From the human T2T-CHM13v2.0 reference genome, Homo sapiens, in assembly GCA_009914755.4 (NCBI GenBank), contig CP068257.2, positions 2,304,001 to 2,368,000 on the forward strand: 64,000 bases of DNA, read 5' to 3'. Below the pieces are notes generated by a model, which saw nothing but the letters and a program-made list of their open reading frames with translations, did not search any database and was not told where the DNA came from. Position numbers and translations under genes: made by a program. Of the stretch, positions 12,301-28,044 are shown piece after piece. Positions within the stretch are counted from its first letter, which is position 1, and every line of letters begins with the position of its first letter.

Positions 12301-14149
12301 TGGAAGGAAATAAAGTTACAACCAACTCTTGTACTATTGTGAGGAAACAATCATATGAGTTGACAAAAAAATCAGCTACTAATAGATTTATAATAGTATA
12401 TATGTAGCAGAAAAATATCAGATATAACTTATATACCCAAAAGTATGACTTAAAAACAGCATGACAATCTTTATGATGGGATATTGTGCAACTACTAGAA
12501 GCACATTTTCAGAGATTATTTATTAACATATGATAATGACTACATTGAGTGGTTTTTAGAAGCATGAATTGAAACCATGTATAAGCATGAATTTATTGAA
12601 CTTATATATAACATTACACACACATTTACATAATTATAAAATAAGTATGCTCATGTTCATAATATGTATTTATTTATATTCATATGTAAGGCCAATAGGA
12701 AGTAATCTCTGTATCTGAGTTATTATTTCATAAATAATTTATGCTTGTTCTGTGAAAATACAAACACTGCTATGGATCTTCCAAGTATCCTGAAAGGATA
12801 CCGTTTATAATTAAACAATAACAATTTTAGAAATAATTATTTTAAATAAGGCTATGATAAATCTGGTTTCATTGCACACTTTAACTTTGGAACATTTCAT
12901 GAAGCGTCCCTTGATCACGACTCTCATATTCAGGAGTTTTTTGAGATCAAAATGGGACAATCAGTATGAATCTATTTTTTAGACATGCAAATGGATAACT
13001 TTAAATAGCAGTAGCGATATAATCAGAGTGCACAGTTGCTCTGGGACAAAACTTGGAAATGAGCATATTTTTAGATTCTTAAAGTTTTACACACTTTAGC
13101 ATTCCATAGCACCATTACATACTCATTTTTCTACTAGAATACCTTGGTAAAAATTCACAGTAGAGATCAGGCTTGTCCTTCATACATTAACTAATCAAGT
13201 AGGAAACTGCAAATGAGAACACAGTGCCAAACATAGGCACCACATGGAAACAAGCATGGAACTGCCAGGAAGCCATTTTTGTAGCTTTGTAGCCCAATTA
13301 TATTTTTCCTAATGTATTGCACACAAAACTTGGGGGAAAAAAAAGAGGCAGAGAGAAAACAGGTTATATCAGCCCTATCTCACAATCCACAAGTTCATCC
13401 TATTAGAGGAGTAACTATGTAAAACAAATTTTATCTGTTGAATGTCCTATTTAGTTAATCGCAAAACTGTATGAGAACACACTTGTGACTTATTTAGCAG
13501 CTTGTTTTTTCGCTTTCCACTGGCTTCACAAATGTCCTTTGGAAATAGAATGTGCATTTGGAACCTTGTACACCTTTTCTTTCTCCAGTACCCTGTTGTC
13601 ACTTCCATCACTAAGGTGACAGAAGCAACTAGGGGCAATGCATTTGTAGCACCCCTGGGTCAGAGGTATCCTCCAGGGGAAGGATCAGACCTGCTTGAAA
13701 GCATGTCGTTGGAATTGGGAGGCTTCTAGTAGCTATAACATAAGCACTGATGTTTACTGTTCCCTGCCCTCCACTTTGATCACTCTGGGAAACGTTTTTT
13801 TTTTAAAAATCAATTGTATTGAAACATAATTTACATAAAATAAATACTATTTTAAAGTGCACAGTTTGCTGAGTTTTGCCAGATGTAACCATCCAGGTGA
13901 ATAAAATTGATTAAACTGATCTTTCAAATAATAAATTAACTTTGCAATCTTGCTAGAAATTTAATTTGTTCACAGTTTATTATCCATTCTATGTACTGCT
14001 ACATTCAATTGGTTATTATGTTTTAAGGACTTTTGAGTCTATGTTTATGAGGGATAAACATCAAAGTTGTATAATGCCTTTGTCTCGATTTGGAATCGGC
14101 AATACTGGGTTCATAAAATAAGACAGGAAGTGTCCCTTTAAATTTTCTT

Positions 14150-14456
<307 letters not shown>

Positions 14457-16114
14457 CTTAAATTCTATTTCTTAAAAAGAGTCCGTTCAAGATTGATATT
14501 ATAGATATTCCTCAACTTACAATTGTCTTATGTCTTAATGAACTCATCCTAAATTGAAAATATTGTAAGTCTAAAAGGCATTTAATATATTTAACCTACT
14601 GAATATCATGACTTAGCCTCACCTACCTTAAACTTGCTCAGAACACTTACATTATCCTACAATTGGGCAAAATCATCTACCACAAGGCCCATTTTAAAAT
14701 ATTCAGTATCTCATGAAATTTATTGAAAACTATACTGATAGTGAAAAACTGGTCATATTGATGCTCATCATTAATGTACACAGATGAAAGCACCATTATC
14801 AAGTCAGAAGAGCACAAGTCAAACCACTGTAAGTTGAGGATTCTCTGTACTTTCTTAAATGTTTGATAGAATTCACCTAAGAAAGCATGTAGCCTATAAT
14901 TATAGAAATCTTTTTAAATTAAAAAAATTCTTCAATACATAGAGAAGCTATTACTTTTTCTATTTCATTTTGCATCCGTTTTAGGAATTAGTTTTACAAA
15001 TAATTTCCCATGTTATTTTAATTGTCAAATGTATTGGCCTAAAGTTTTCATAATTATATTGATATCTGTAGGTTCTGTAGTTACATCCTCTATTTAATTC
15101 CCATTATCTACATTATGTAGCTTCTCTAATTTTTTTCGAGATAAATCTTGCTAGCCATTGTTTATTAAAAAAATTTTTTTCAAAGAACCAATTTGTGGGT
15201 ATATTAATTAGCTCCAACTTTTGTTATTTGCTATGTTGTTGGTTTACATTTTTATCTTTATCATCTTCCTTCTTCTTAATTTGGATATACTTTGCTCATT
15301 TTTTAGCCTCTTAAAAAAGAACCTAAAGGTCATTGATTGAAGCCTTTTATTTTCAATATATTACATCTATAAATGTACCTTTAAGAAACGATTTATCTGC
15401 ATCCCACATTTTATTAAGTTTTTAAAAAATTTTCTTTCAGTTTAAACTATTTTTTTGTGTGTGAAACTTTTCTTGGCCAATGGGTTTTTCTGAAGTATTT
15501 TGTTTAATGTCCAAATGTTGGGGTGTTATTGTACATATCCTACTGTTGTCCATCTCTGGTTCATGATACAATGCATGTTCTCCATTGCACTTAGATAACA
15601 TGCCTCCATGTCTCTGGAGAATTCCTCAGTCTTTCTAAAATGCTTTTGATGAATACTGGCAGTTATTTTGTAGATTGTCCCTCCTCAATTTCAGTTAGTC
15701 TGATGTTTTCTCACGGTTAGGACTAAAGTTATACATTTTGTCTAAGAATACCATAGAATTGATGTTTTGTCCTACTCAGTGCATCATATAAGAAGTTACA
15801 TGAAGTTCATTTATCTTATTATTAGTAATGTTAACTTTGATCACTTGGGTAAGTTGACATCTCCACTTTGAAGTTACTATTCTATAATTATCTTGTGGGA
15901 AGATACTTTCATATTATGCAAATATGTTCTTTCCCAACATATATTCACCACTAATCTTAGCATCCCTCCAAGGTTCTTTCTTGCAACAATTATTACTATG
16001 ATATTTGCAAAGTGATGATTCTTATATTGTATGTCTCCTACATTTAATGAAATCTTACTGTAATAAAATACTACCCATTCTCAATCTTTGGCTTATTATT
16101 TATGTCAATATGGA

Positions 16115-16411
16115 TTTTTTTTTTTTTTTGAGTTGGAGTCTTGTTTTGTCATCCAGGCTGGTGTGCAATGGTGCGATTTCCGCTCACTGCACTTCCACCT
16201 TCCGGGATTCAAGCCATTCTCCTGCCTCAGTCTCTGGAGTAGCTGGGACTACAGGCATGTGCCACCATGCCCGGCTAATTTTTGTATTTTTAGTAGAGGC
16301 AGGGATTCACCACATTGGTCAGGCTGGTCTCGAACTCCTGACCTCAAGTGACCTGCCCGCCTCTGCCTCTCAAAGTGCTGGGAATACAGGCATGAGCAAC
16401 CGCACCCGGCC
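16115..16411 (-). mobile_element. Alu SINE
   Basis: tttttttttgagttggagtcttgttttgtcatccaggctggtgtgcaatggtgcgatttc...caaagtgctgggaatacaggcatgagcaaccgcacccggcc. Confidence 0.9.
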
Positions 16412-17745
16412 TGGATTAATTGAAAATTTTCTTCTGTAGATTGTAATATATTACTATTGTTATCTATTTTATTGCCCCAATTTTCTCAAATTTGGCTATG
16501 GAAGTTTATTCAAAGTGGATCTGTTTCCCTTTCACATTTTCCCCATTTTGTGAGCATTTCCTTACTGCCTAACATGACAAAATATTTCAAACTAATCTTG
16601 TATTTTCCCTGCCCAATCCTGATATCAAATATGTCCCCAAGGAGCCTTGGTTCCTTTAATTGGAGAATGGTGTTCTCATTGTTACTGGGATGATGTTGTT
16701 TCTAGGCCCTTTTGTTAGAGGAGCTAGAAAATATATGTATGTATACTCACACATTTATACACATCTGTACTTATTTATACAATTATCCATCTGTACGTAT
16801 ACTAAAAACAATGATTTCATGAAGCTTTTGATCCCAATCCAACACTAGATAAAGACTATATAGGCCCATTTATTTGCAAATCAGCACATAAACATAGAAG
16901 AATTATTAACAATATAAGCTGTAGCTTATGCTAAATGTTGGTAGGAACAGACAATAAGTTATGGAGAACTTCAGAGGACACTAAGGTTGGATGGGATTCT
17001 GGAAGTTGTACAGGTCAATGCCACTCCATCTATTGGCTGAGTTTCACTAGGTTAATACATGAACAACAACAAAAATAACCTAGATCAGAAGTTAAAGATC
17101 ATTTTATTGACTATCTGCCGTGTCTGTGCCATTGCAGTGTACTAGGTGCACTTACGAGTCCTCTACTTACAAACTGCTTTTCACAAAATACGAAACTCCA
17201 GGCAAAGGTTCAAACATACGACGTTTGTTTTTAAAATCTTTCTACAGTCTTGTATCCTTTTTCCTTTCCTTCCTTTTACCCTTTTTAAAATGTGTTATGA
17301 GTTTTATCTTAGACTAACATCATCTGTAATGTTGCTATACACCAGTATTCAGTTGCTGTGTTTGATGAATCATAAAATGGTGTAAAACTTCAATTAGTGT
17401 ACTTTTTAAATAAAGTATCTATGAATGTATCCAGCAAAATGTTTATGATTTGAGTATTCACAAAATATTACTTTTCTCTGGATCTAACAATAATGTGAAA
17501 ACCCAAAATGAATATAAAATATTAGCTAATAATAGATTTCAAAGTATTCTACAAGTATGAAAAATATATGATATTGTTACTTTCATATATGTAAAACATT
17601 AATCATTTTTGTCAACATAAACATCATCTTTACACCTAAACTTGTATTAATTCAATTAAGAGTTAATATAGTATCCTAAAGTCATCAAATATTCAAAAAT
17701 AGGATGTATTCTGACTTGGAATATACATAAAATTAACTATTTTCA

Positions 17746-18113
<368 letters not shown>

Positions 18114-18704
18114 CTAATAATCCTGAGTTTGGTTTTCCTGGTTTTATTTTTTCATTTAGTTTTGTTCACTTTGACCAGTGGGCTGGTGGTTCTTAGGTGC
18201 ACCAAGGTTTTCATTTTTCAGTTCAAGATTTTAAAACCTTAATGTGGTAATTTCTCTAATTTTTTTGACAGTTACGTCCCAGGTTGCAAGTTAAAATAAA
18301 ATTCCCATTTTACTAAAGTCCTTGGTTTATTAATGATTTTATAATGACTTAATATATAATTTAATGAGTAATGAGGGGTACTACATTTCAGAAATCAACA
18401 CTGAAGAACTTATTCATGGAACCAAACACCACCTGTTTCTCAAACACCTATTAAAATAAAAATACATATAAATAATTTTTCAAAATAAAAACTAAAAATA
18501 AAGTGAAAATGAAAAAATATATATCCAGGTTAAAAAAAAAACTACTTCAATTAAACAATAAATACTTTTTGGGGGGACTCAACTCTACTACAAAATTATT
18601 CGTTGTTTATTATAATCAATAATACAGGTAAAAGAATAAGTTTTTAAAAATGGAAAAATTGTAAAAAATAAAACGATATTAACAAATATTGGTATACTGG
18701 TGAA

Positions 18705-19033
18705 GGCCGGGCTCAGTGGCTGCTTTCCAAAGTGGTTACACCAGTCGAGCATGGTGGCACACACCTGTAATCTCAGCACTTCCGGAAGCTGAAGCAGGCA
18801 GATCACTTGAGCTCAGGAGTTTGACACAAACCTGGGCTACATGACAAAGCCCCATTTCTACCAAAAACTGTAAAAATCAGTTGCACATGATAGCATTCAC
18901 CTGTAAGTCCCAGCTACTTAGGAGGCTGAGGTGAGAGGATCACTTGTGCCTGGAAGGTCACAGCTGCACTGGCCATGTCCATGTCACTGCACTCCAGCCT
19001 GGGCAACAGAGCAAGATTTTGTCTGAAAAAAAG
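18705..19033 (+). mobile_element. Alu SINE
   Basis: ggccgggctcagtggctg...cacacctgtaatctcagcacttccggaagctgaagcaggcagatcacttgagctcaggagtttgac...gcactccagcctgggcaacagagcaagattttgtctgaaaaaaag. Confidence 0.88.
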
Positions 19034-19142
19034 TTGGTGACAATTGGAATAATTGGAACTCACATACATTACTGGTGGGAACATAAAATGGTGTAATCAA
19101 TTTGGGTGTTTTCTTGGTATTTGATTTTTTTAAAAAATCAAG

Positions 19143-19258
19143 ACATTGTTTCCCTATGTTGCCCAGGGTTGTCCTGAACTCCCGAGCTAAGAAAATCCTC
19201 CAAACTCAGTGTCTCAAATACCTGAGATTAAAGGTGTGAGGCACTGTGCCTGACCAGT
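19143..19258 (-). mobile_element. Alu fragment (monomer-sized)
   Basis: tttccctatgttgcccagggttgtcctgaactcccgagc...aaaggtgtgaggcactgtgcctgacc. Confidence 0.6.
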
Positions 19259-19836
19259 GTAACCACTTTGAAAAACAACGTGGCAGTTTCTCAAAGACTA
19301 AATGTATAGTAATCACATAATGCAACAATTTCACTCCTGAGTGTAAATCCAAGAGAAATAAAAATATATGTTCACACTAAAACTTACGTACGAGTGTTCA
19401 TAGCAGCCTGACTCATGATGGTGAATACGCAAAAACAACACAAATGTCCATCAACTAATGAATGGATAGACATAAACTATTACTCAGCTACAAAAGGAAA
19501 GAAATCCGGATACACACTATAACATGAAAGATATTTGAAAACATTCTGCTAAGAGAAAAAAAAGCAAATTACAAAAGATCACACATTGTACAATTCTATT
19601 TCTATAAAAGGTCCAGATTAGGCAAAACTACAATGACAGAAAATAAATCAGTGGTTGCCTATGAACATGGGGTATGTAGGAGGTAGCGGCTAAGAGGTGA
19701 GGGTTTCTCACTCATAAGTGGGTAACTCACAAGTGGGTAATCACTTCTAAGAAAGACTGTGGTGATGGATGCACAGCTCCTTGAATATTCTAAAAACCAC
19801 TCAATTGTATACTTTCTTTTTTTATTTAGTTATTTA

Positions 19837-20118
19837 AAGGCAGGGTCTCCTTTTGTCACCCATGCTGTAGTGCAGTGGTGCCATCTGGTCTCACTGCAAC
19901 CTATGGCTTCTGGGCTCAAGTGATCTTCCAGTCTCATGTCCCCAAGTAGTTGGGACTACAGGCATGAGCCACCACACCCAGCTAATTTTTGTATTTTTGC
20001 TAGAGATGCTGTTTTGCCATGTTGCCCAGGCTAGTCGCAAACTCCTGAACACAAGCGATCCACCTGCCTCAGCTGCCCAAAGTCTTAGCGTTATAGGAAT
20101 TAGCCACTGCACCTGGCC
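19837..20118 (-). mobile_element. Alu SINE
   Basis: ggcagggtctccttttgtcacccatgctgtagtgcagtggtgccatct...ctacaggcatgagccaccacacccagctaatttttgtatttttgctagagatg...gccactgcacctggcc. Confidence 0.88.
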
Positions 20119-20191
20119 TGAATTGCGTACTTTGATAAATGAATTGCATGATACATTAATCATATTTCAATAACGTTATTATTTTAAAAAT

Positions 20192-20827
<636 letters not shown>

Positions 20828-21120
20828 TTATCAACTTCTGAGAGTAATCAACATTCAGGAGGAACAGAGAAGAACAAAAGACCACTGAATGGTTGAGGGT
20901 GGATTGTTGGTTAGGTTCAGTGGCCAGCTGAGTAGTATCTGAAAAATTCATTAGTAAAATTATGGCACTAGGGGTGAGTCATGCAGTCGAAGGATGAATA
21001 CTAAATCCAGTACAAACACCCATGGTCTTTCTTTACATGAATTCCAGTGAAAAATTTCTAAGTGCCTAAAATAGCAAGCGGTCTGAAATGATGGCAGCAG
21101 TTTATTAAAGACTGAAAAAA

Positions 21121-21434
<314 letters not shown>

Positions 21435-21889
21435 TCAAGAACCACAAGAGAGTTCCACGCTGAAGAAGCTCTGACTCTGCATTTGCTGAACTACTGATTT
21501 GAGTTAGCCAATATAACACTATCTTAGATAAAGTGTACAAACAACTCAATTTCATCTCCTCATTAATAACTGATTGGTCTAATATCAATTCTGATTTTTA
21601 AAAAGCTAATTAGAAAAAGAATTAATTATAGAACCAATAAGAGGTTTGAATAGTTACAAGCTATTCAAAGGAGAATTCAAAAAAACCACTCAGGTATGAG
21701 GCCATAAAGTATGATGAAATAAATTTCATTAATATATTTTAAAATAAACTGATTAGACAGGCAACAACACCTGGGCACGGGTCTCCTCATCTCCAGCAAC
21801 ACAAACCCAATCACGCAGCTATGGGGTTGCAAAGGCTGCATAGTGACAAACAGACTGCTCTGAGCTGAGATTTCTTTACTTTTATCTGT

Positions 21890-22322
21890 ATTCTGAGACC
21901 GGGTCTCACTCTGTCACTCTGGCTGCAATGCAGGGGTGCACTCATAGCTAACTGCAGCCGTGACGTCCTGGGCTCCGGGGATCCTCCTGCCTCACCCTCA
22001 ACATAGCTACGGCTACAGATGAACAACAAAACACCCAGCTAATTTTTTTTTTGTAGAAAGAGGAGCCTTGCTATGTTGCCCAAGCTGGCCTCAAACTCCC
22101 GCCCTCAAGAGATCTGCCCACCTCAACAACCTAAGTAACAGGTTCTACAGGAAAATACCACTATGCCGGGATAATTATATTTTATTAATTTTTATTTGCA
22201 TAGACAGGAGGTCTTGCTGTGTTGCCCAGGGTGGTCTCAAACTCCTGGACTCAAACCATTCTCCCATCTCTGCCTCCCAAAGTGCTGAAGCTACGGGCAT
22301 AAGCCACTGCAGCTGGCCCGAC
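21890..22322 (-). mobile_element. Two partial Alu fragments (minus orientation)
   Basis: First fragment: gagaccgggtctcactctgtcactctggctgcaatgcaggggtgcactcatagctaactgcagcc...cagctaatttttttttttgtagaaagaggagccttgctatgttgcccaagctggcctcaaactcc. Second fragment: ...caggaggtcttgctgtgttgcccagggtggtctcaaactcctggactcaaacc...cccaaagtgctgaagctacgggcataagccactgcagctggccc. Confidence 0.75.
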
Positions 22323-22379
22323 TTAAGATTTCTGTAATCTAGCATCCCATACGTCATATAATTGGGAAAAGCAGTAGTG

Positions 22380-22930
22380 TTTTTTTTTAAATTACTTAGT
22401 ATTTCAACAAGAATCAACCATCTCTCACCATTGCCAGGGCCCTGGTCAGAACCACTATCATCTCCCACCTGGAGGTTGCCACAGCATGGCCTCCCTGCTT
22501 CTACCCAAATCTTCCCACAATCTTTCTCAACTCAGCTGCCATGGGATGCTTTTAAATCAGTAGACAGTTCGTGTCACCTCTCTGCTCAGAACCCTTCCGC
22601 ATCTCCCATCTCAGACAGAATAAAAACCAAAGCCCCAGCAATAGCCTCCCAGGGCTTACACAATCTGTACTGATCTGAGTCCAACAACTCCCTGGCCTCC
22701 TTCCCTACTTCTCTCCCTCTCTCTACTCCACAGACCTCTTTCCTGAGCTTCAGACACACCACGGAGTTCCCTCTTAGCATCTTTATTCTGTTGTTTCTGC
22801 CTACAATGCTCTTCCCTCAGTACTTTGGCCAGCTCCTTCCCCTCCTTCAAGTCTTTGCTCAATTTTCACTTAGGAGGCCAACCCTGACCACTCTATTTAA
22901 TATTGCTATCTGTCCCTATTCCTGCCATGC
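22380..22930. repeat. Ancient LTR/MaLR-like interspersed repeat fragment
   Basis: Phrases such as ccacctggaggttgccacagcatggcctccctgcttctacccaaatcttcc...ggccaaccctgaccactctatttaatattgc resemble MaLR/MLT-type LTR consensus wording. Assignment is from memory only. Confidence 0.25.
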
Positions 22931-22944
22931 TCACTCATTTCTTT

Positions 22945-23237
22945 TTTCGTTTTTTTTCTAAGATATAATCTCGCTGTGTCACTCAGACTGGGGTGCCATG
23001 GCACGATCACAACGCACTGAGACCTGGAGCTCTTAGATCAAGAAATTGTCCTGCCTCAGGGCCTCTAGTAGCTAAGACTACAAGTGCATGCCACCACACC
23101 AGCTATTTTTTTTTTCCATGTAGACAGGGTATCATTTTGTTGCCCAGACTTATCGTGAACTCCTGGGCCAAAGCAACCATCCTGCCTCAGCCTCCTAAAT
23201 AGCTGGAATTATAGGTGTGGGCCACCAATTCTGGCTT
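22945..23237 (-). mobile_element. Alu SINE
   Basis: ttttttttctaagatataatctcgctgtgtcactcagactggggtgccatggcacgatc...cctcctaaatagctggaattataggtgtgggccaccaattctggc. Confidence 0.88.
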
Positions 23238-23239
23238 CA

Positions 23240-23595
23240 TGTTCATTTCTTCTTGCCGCTGTTACAAACTACCCTACATTGAGTGGCTTAATACACCACA
23301 AATCTACTAACTAAGAGGTCTGGGGGCCAGAAGTCCAAAATAGGTCTATTAAGGCTAAAGTCAAGGTGCCAGCAGGACTGCATCCCTTCTGGAGGTTCTG
23401 GAGAGAATATGTTCCCTTGCCTTTCCCAGTTGCTAAAGCCACTCCTATTCTTTGGCTCATGGCCCCTAACTGCATCTTCAAAGCCAGAAGCAAAGCATAT
23501 TCGAATCTCCCTCTGTGACCTGTGCTTCCATCATCAAATCTCCTTCAATTCGGACTCTCTTACCTCCCTCTTTCACTTATAAAGACCTCTTGTGA
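23240..23595. repeat. Ancient interspersed repeat fragment (MER/LTR-type)
   Basis: ctgttacaaactaccctacattgagtggcttaatacaccacaaatctact...tctggaggttctggagag...cttataaagacctcttgtgattg matches the widespread 'ctgttacaaaataccacagactgggtggcttaaacaacagaaatttatt' repeat family. The exact family is not assigned. Confidence 0.35.
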
Positions 23596-23604
23596 TTGCT
23601 GGAC

Positions 23605-24057
<453 letters not shown>

Positions 24058-24562
24058 TTTGGTTTCTGCCCCTCATCCTGGCACAGAGCTTCTCAAGCTC
24101 TTATAAAGGTCTTGGTGATGAAAGTGATGAGGCATCTTCTGTTTCAATATTTGGTCTTAGTCCCAGGTTTCTAACACAAGAGGCTCTAAGACCTTTGGGA
24201 TCACAATAGTAAGAATGCATTTGGTGATGTTACTGAGATGACTGGGTGACTGAAAGCTCCTAGACAGCTTCAGGAAAAGGGGTGGTTGTTGTCAGAAGAA
24301 CAAACCATGTGATTAGAGGCTTGGAACTGTCAGCCTCACCCCCTGGGCTCCAGGAAGAAAGAGTGGCCGAAGACTGACTTAATCACCAATGATCAATGAC
24401 TTCATCAATCATGCCTGCATAATGAAGCGTTCATAAGCGCCCTCAACAACTGGAGTTGGAGAATGTCTGGGTTGCTGAACACAAGGGAGATACCAGGAAG
24501 GTAATATGCACAATAGAGGACATGGAAGTTCTGTACCCCTCTCGACATACCTTGCCCTGTGT

Positions 24563-24897
24563 GTTTTTTTTTTTTTTTTTTGAGACAGAGTCTGGCTCTG
24601 TCTCCCAGCCTAGAGTGCCATGGCACAATCGTGGCTCACTGCGAACTATGCCTCCCTATCTCAAGCCCCATCCTCTCATCCTCTCACCTCAGCCTCCTGA
24701 GTAGCTAGAATTATAGGCACTGAGTAGCTAGAACTATAGATAACTGTGCCTGGCTAATTTTTAGAAAAAAATCTTTTTGTAGAGATGCATTTTCACCTTG
24801 TTACCCAGGCTGGTCTTAATCTCCTGAGCACTTAAGCGATGCTCCCGCCTCAGTCTCCCAAAGTGCTGAAATTACAGGCATGAGCCACTGTGCCCAG
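24563..24897 (-). mobile_element. Alu SINE
   Basis: gtgtttttttttttttttttgagacagagtctggctctgtctcccagcctagagtgccatggcacaatcgtggctcactgcgaac...ctcccaaagtgctgaaattacaggcatgagccactgtgcccagc. Confidence 0.88.
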
Positions 24898-24967
24898 CAT
24901 GTACATCTCTTTCACTGGCTGTTTCTGAGATTTAGCCTTTAAAATGAACCAGTAAAAGAAAGTAAAT

Positions 24968-25268
<301 letters not shown>

Positions 25269-25536
25269 CAATCTGTTTTTCTGAGTTCTGCAAGCTGTCC
25301 GAGCAAATGATTCCACCCACCAATGGGGGTCATGAAACCCTGTTTTCTAACTGGTTGGTCAAAACTACATGTAACAACCCAAGACTTGCAATTGGCATGT
25401 GGAGTGAGGGTAGACTCCTGGGACTGAGCTCCCATCCTGCGGGGTCTGCACTAACTCCAGGGAGTGTCAGGATGGAATTGTGGGATACTCAGTTGGGATC
25501 CAGATTGTCTGAAAATCAGTGTAGAAACTCCACATG

Positions 25537-26425
<889 letters not shown>

Positions 26426-26565
26426 TTACAACCCAGTGATGGGCTACCACAACTCAACACAGCAAAGAGTTGCCAAGCTCCCTTTCTCCCCTGTACAACC
26501 CGACACAGAAGAGTTGGTGCAGTGGAATGAGGCTGGATGTAGAGAAGTTCCTCTTCTTTCTTTCC

Positions 26566-26872
26566 TTTTTTTTTTTTTTTTGAGATGGACTCTCGCTCTG
26601 TCACACAGGCTGGGGTGCCGTGGTGCAATCTCGGTCACTGTAACCTCTGCCTTATGGGTTTAATCAATTCTCTGCCTCAGCCTTCCGAATACCTGGGATT
26701 AGAGGCACCCCCCACCACAACCAGCTAATTTTTTTTTTTTTTTTTTTTTTTTAGTGGAGACTGGGTTTCACTATGTTGGCCAGGCTGGTCTTGAACTCCT
26801 GACTTTAGGTGATCTACCCACCTCGGCCTCCAAAAGTGCTAGGATTACAGGCATGAGCTGCTGTGCCCAGCC
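26566..26872 (-). mobile_element. Alu SINE flanked by a 16 bp TSD
   Basis: tttttttttttttttgagatggactctcgctctgtcacacaggctggggtgccgtggtgcaatctcggtcactg...ggcctccaaaagtgctaggattacaggcatgagctgctgtgcccagcc. The TSD agaagttcctcttctt lies at 26545-26560 and 26874-26889. Confidence 0.9.
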
Positions 26873-27379
26873 AAGAAGTTCCTCTTCTTACTTAGAAAAC
26901 AGATCACAGGGCATCAAGTAACACGTAAAATCCTTTATAATAAGCAGTATTATTTTTGGAAAACCTTTCCTAATATTTTGGTATCAGCAAAAAGCCTCAG
27001 ATTAATTTCAAACACTATAAAAATACAATACATAAACAGAAAATATTAACTGTCAGCAATGCTATAGAGAAATTGGAAGCTGTATGCATTGCTTTTTGGA
27101 ATGTAAAATGGTACAGCCCACTGTGGAAAATGGTTTAGCAGCTCCTTAAAAATATGAAGCATAGAATTATATGATCCATCCACACCCTTTAAGCATATAT
27201 ACCCAAAAGAACTGAGAGCAGGGACTCAAACAGGTATTTGTACACCCGATTAACAGCAGCATTATTCACAGTGGCCAAAAGGTAGCCCAAACCTAATGCC
27301 CATCAGTAGGTGAATAGATAAAGAAAATGTAATATATACATACACAGAGTATTATTCAGCCATAAAAAGAAAAATATCT

Positions 27380-27482
27380 GGCCAGATTCAGCGGCTTACA
27401 CCTGTAATCCCAGTATTTTGGGAGGCCAAGGTGGGCAGGTCTCTTGAGCCCCATATTTTGAGACCAGACTGGACAACATGGC
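27380..27482 (+). mobile_element. Alu 5' fragment, ending exactly at the duplication boundary
   Basis: ggccagattcagcggcttacacctgtaatcccagtattttgggaggccaaggtgggcaggtctcttgagccccatattttgagaccagactggacaacatgg. Confidence 0.8.
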
Positions 27483-28035
27483 ACATTTGGTTAGAAGTGT
27501 TTGACCATAACTACTATTCCAGAAAAAGATCTACTCATTAGAACTACAAATCATAAAATTATAAGTTCTACAAAAACAAATCAACCTTATCTACCACCCA
27601 GTTCTACCCAATTATATCATGTTAGAACAGAAGGTCTCACCGTGGACTCGGGAGCTGATATGAGAAATGTCACCACCATCCTGCTCTCCACGGAATCATC
27701 TTCAACAGACTCCTCATCTTCAATGGACTCCTCATCTTCCATGGACTCCTCATCTTCCATGGGCAGGGTGGAAACTGCAACTTGTGCCATGATCCCTGTG
27801 CAAAAAAGTAGTAAGACATTGAATGGTAGAAATGCAGTGTCCTAAACTCACATCCAGAGCTGTGAGAGTTTCTCACCGGCTGCCAAATTGTTTTTTGGGT
27901 CAGAGAAAAAAATAAAACTTGGTAACCTGGTACTCTACTTGCCCCAAACTCTCATCAGATAGAGAATCTATCCGCTAACTTTCTATCTAGTATTATTTCC
28001 ATGAAGTTACATCAATATCACTCCCAAAATAAATC
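27483..28035. repeat. Local segmental duplicate, copy 2 (paralogous to 25537-26050), containing four units of the 18 bp repeat
   Basis: cacatttggttagaagtgtttgaccataactactattccagaaaaagatctactcattagaactacaaatcataaaattataagttctacaaaaacaaatcaaccttatctacc... The 18 bp run is gactcctcatcttcaatg gactcctcatcttccatg gactcctcatcttccatg. Confidence 0.8.
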
Positions 28036-28044
28036 CAGGTGGAA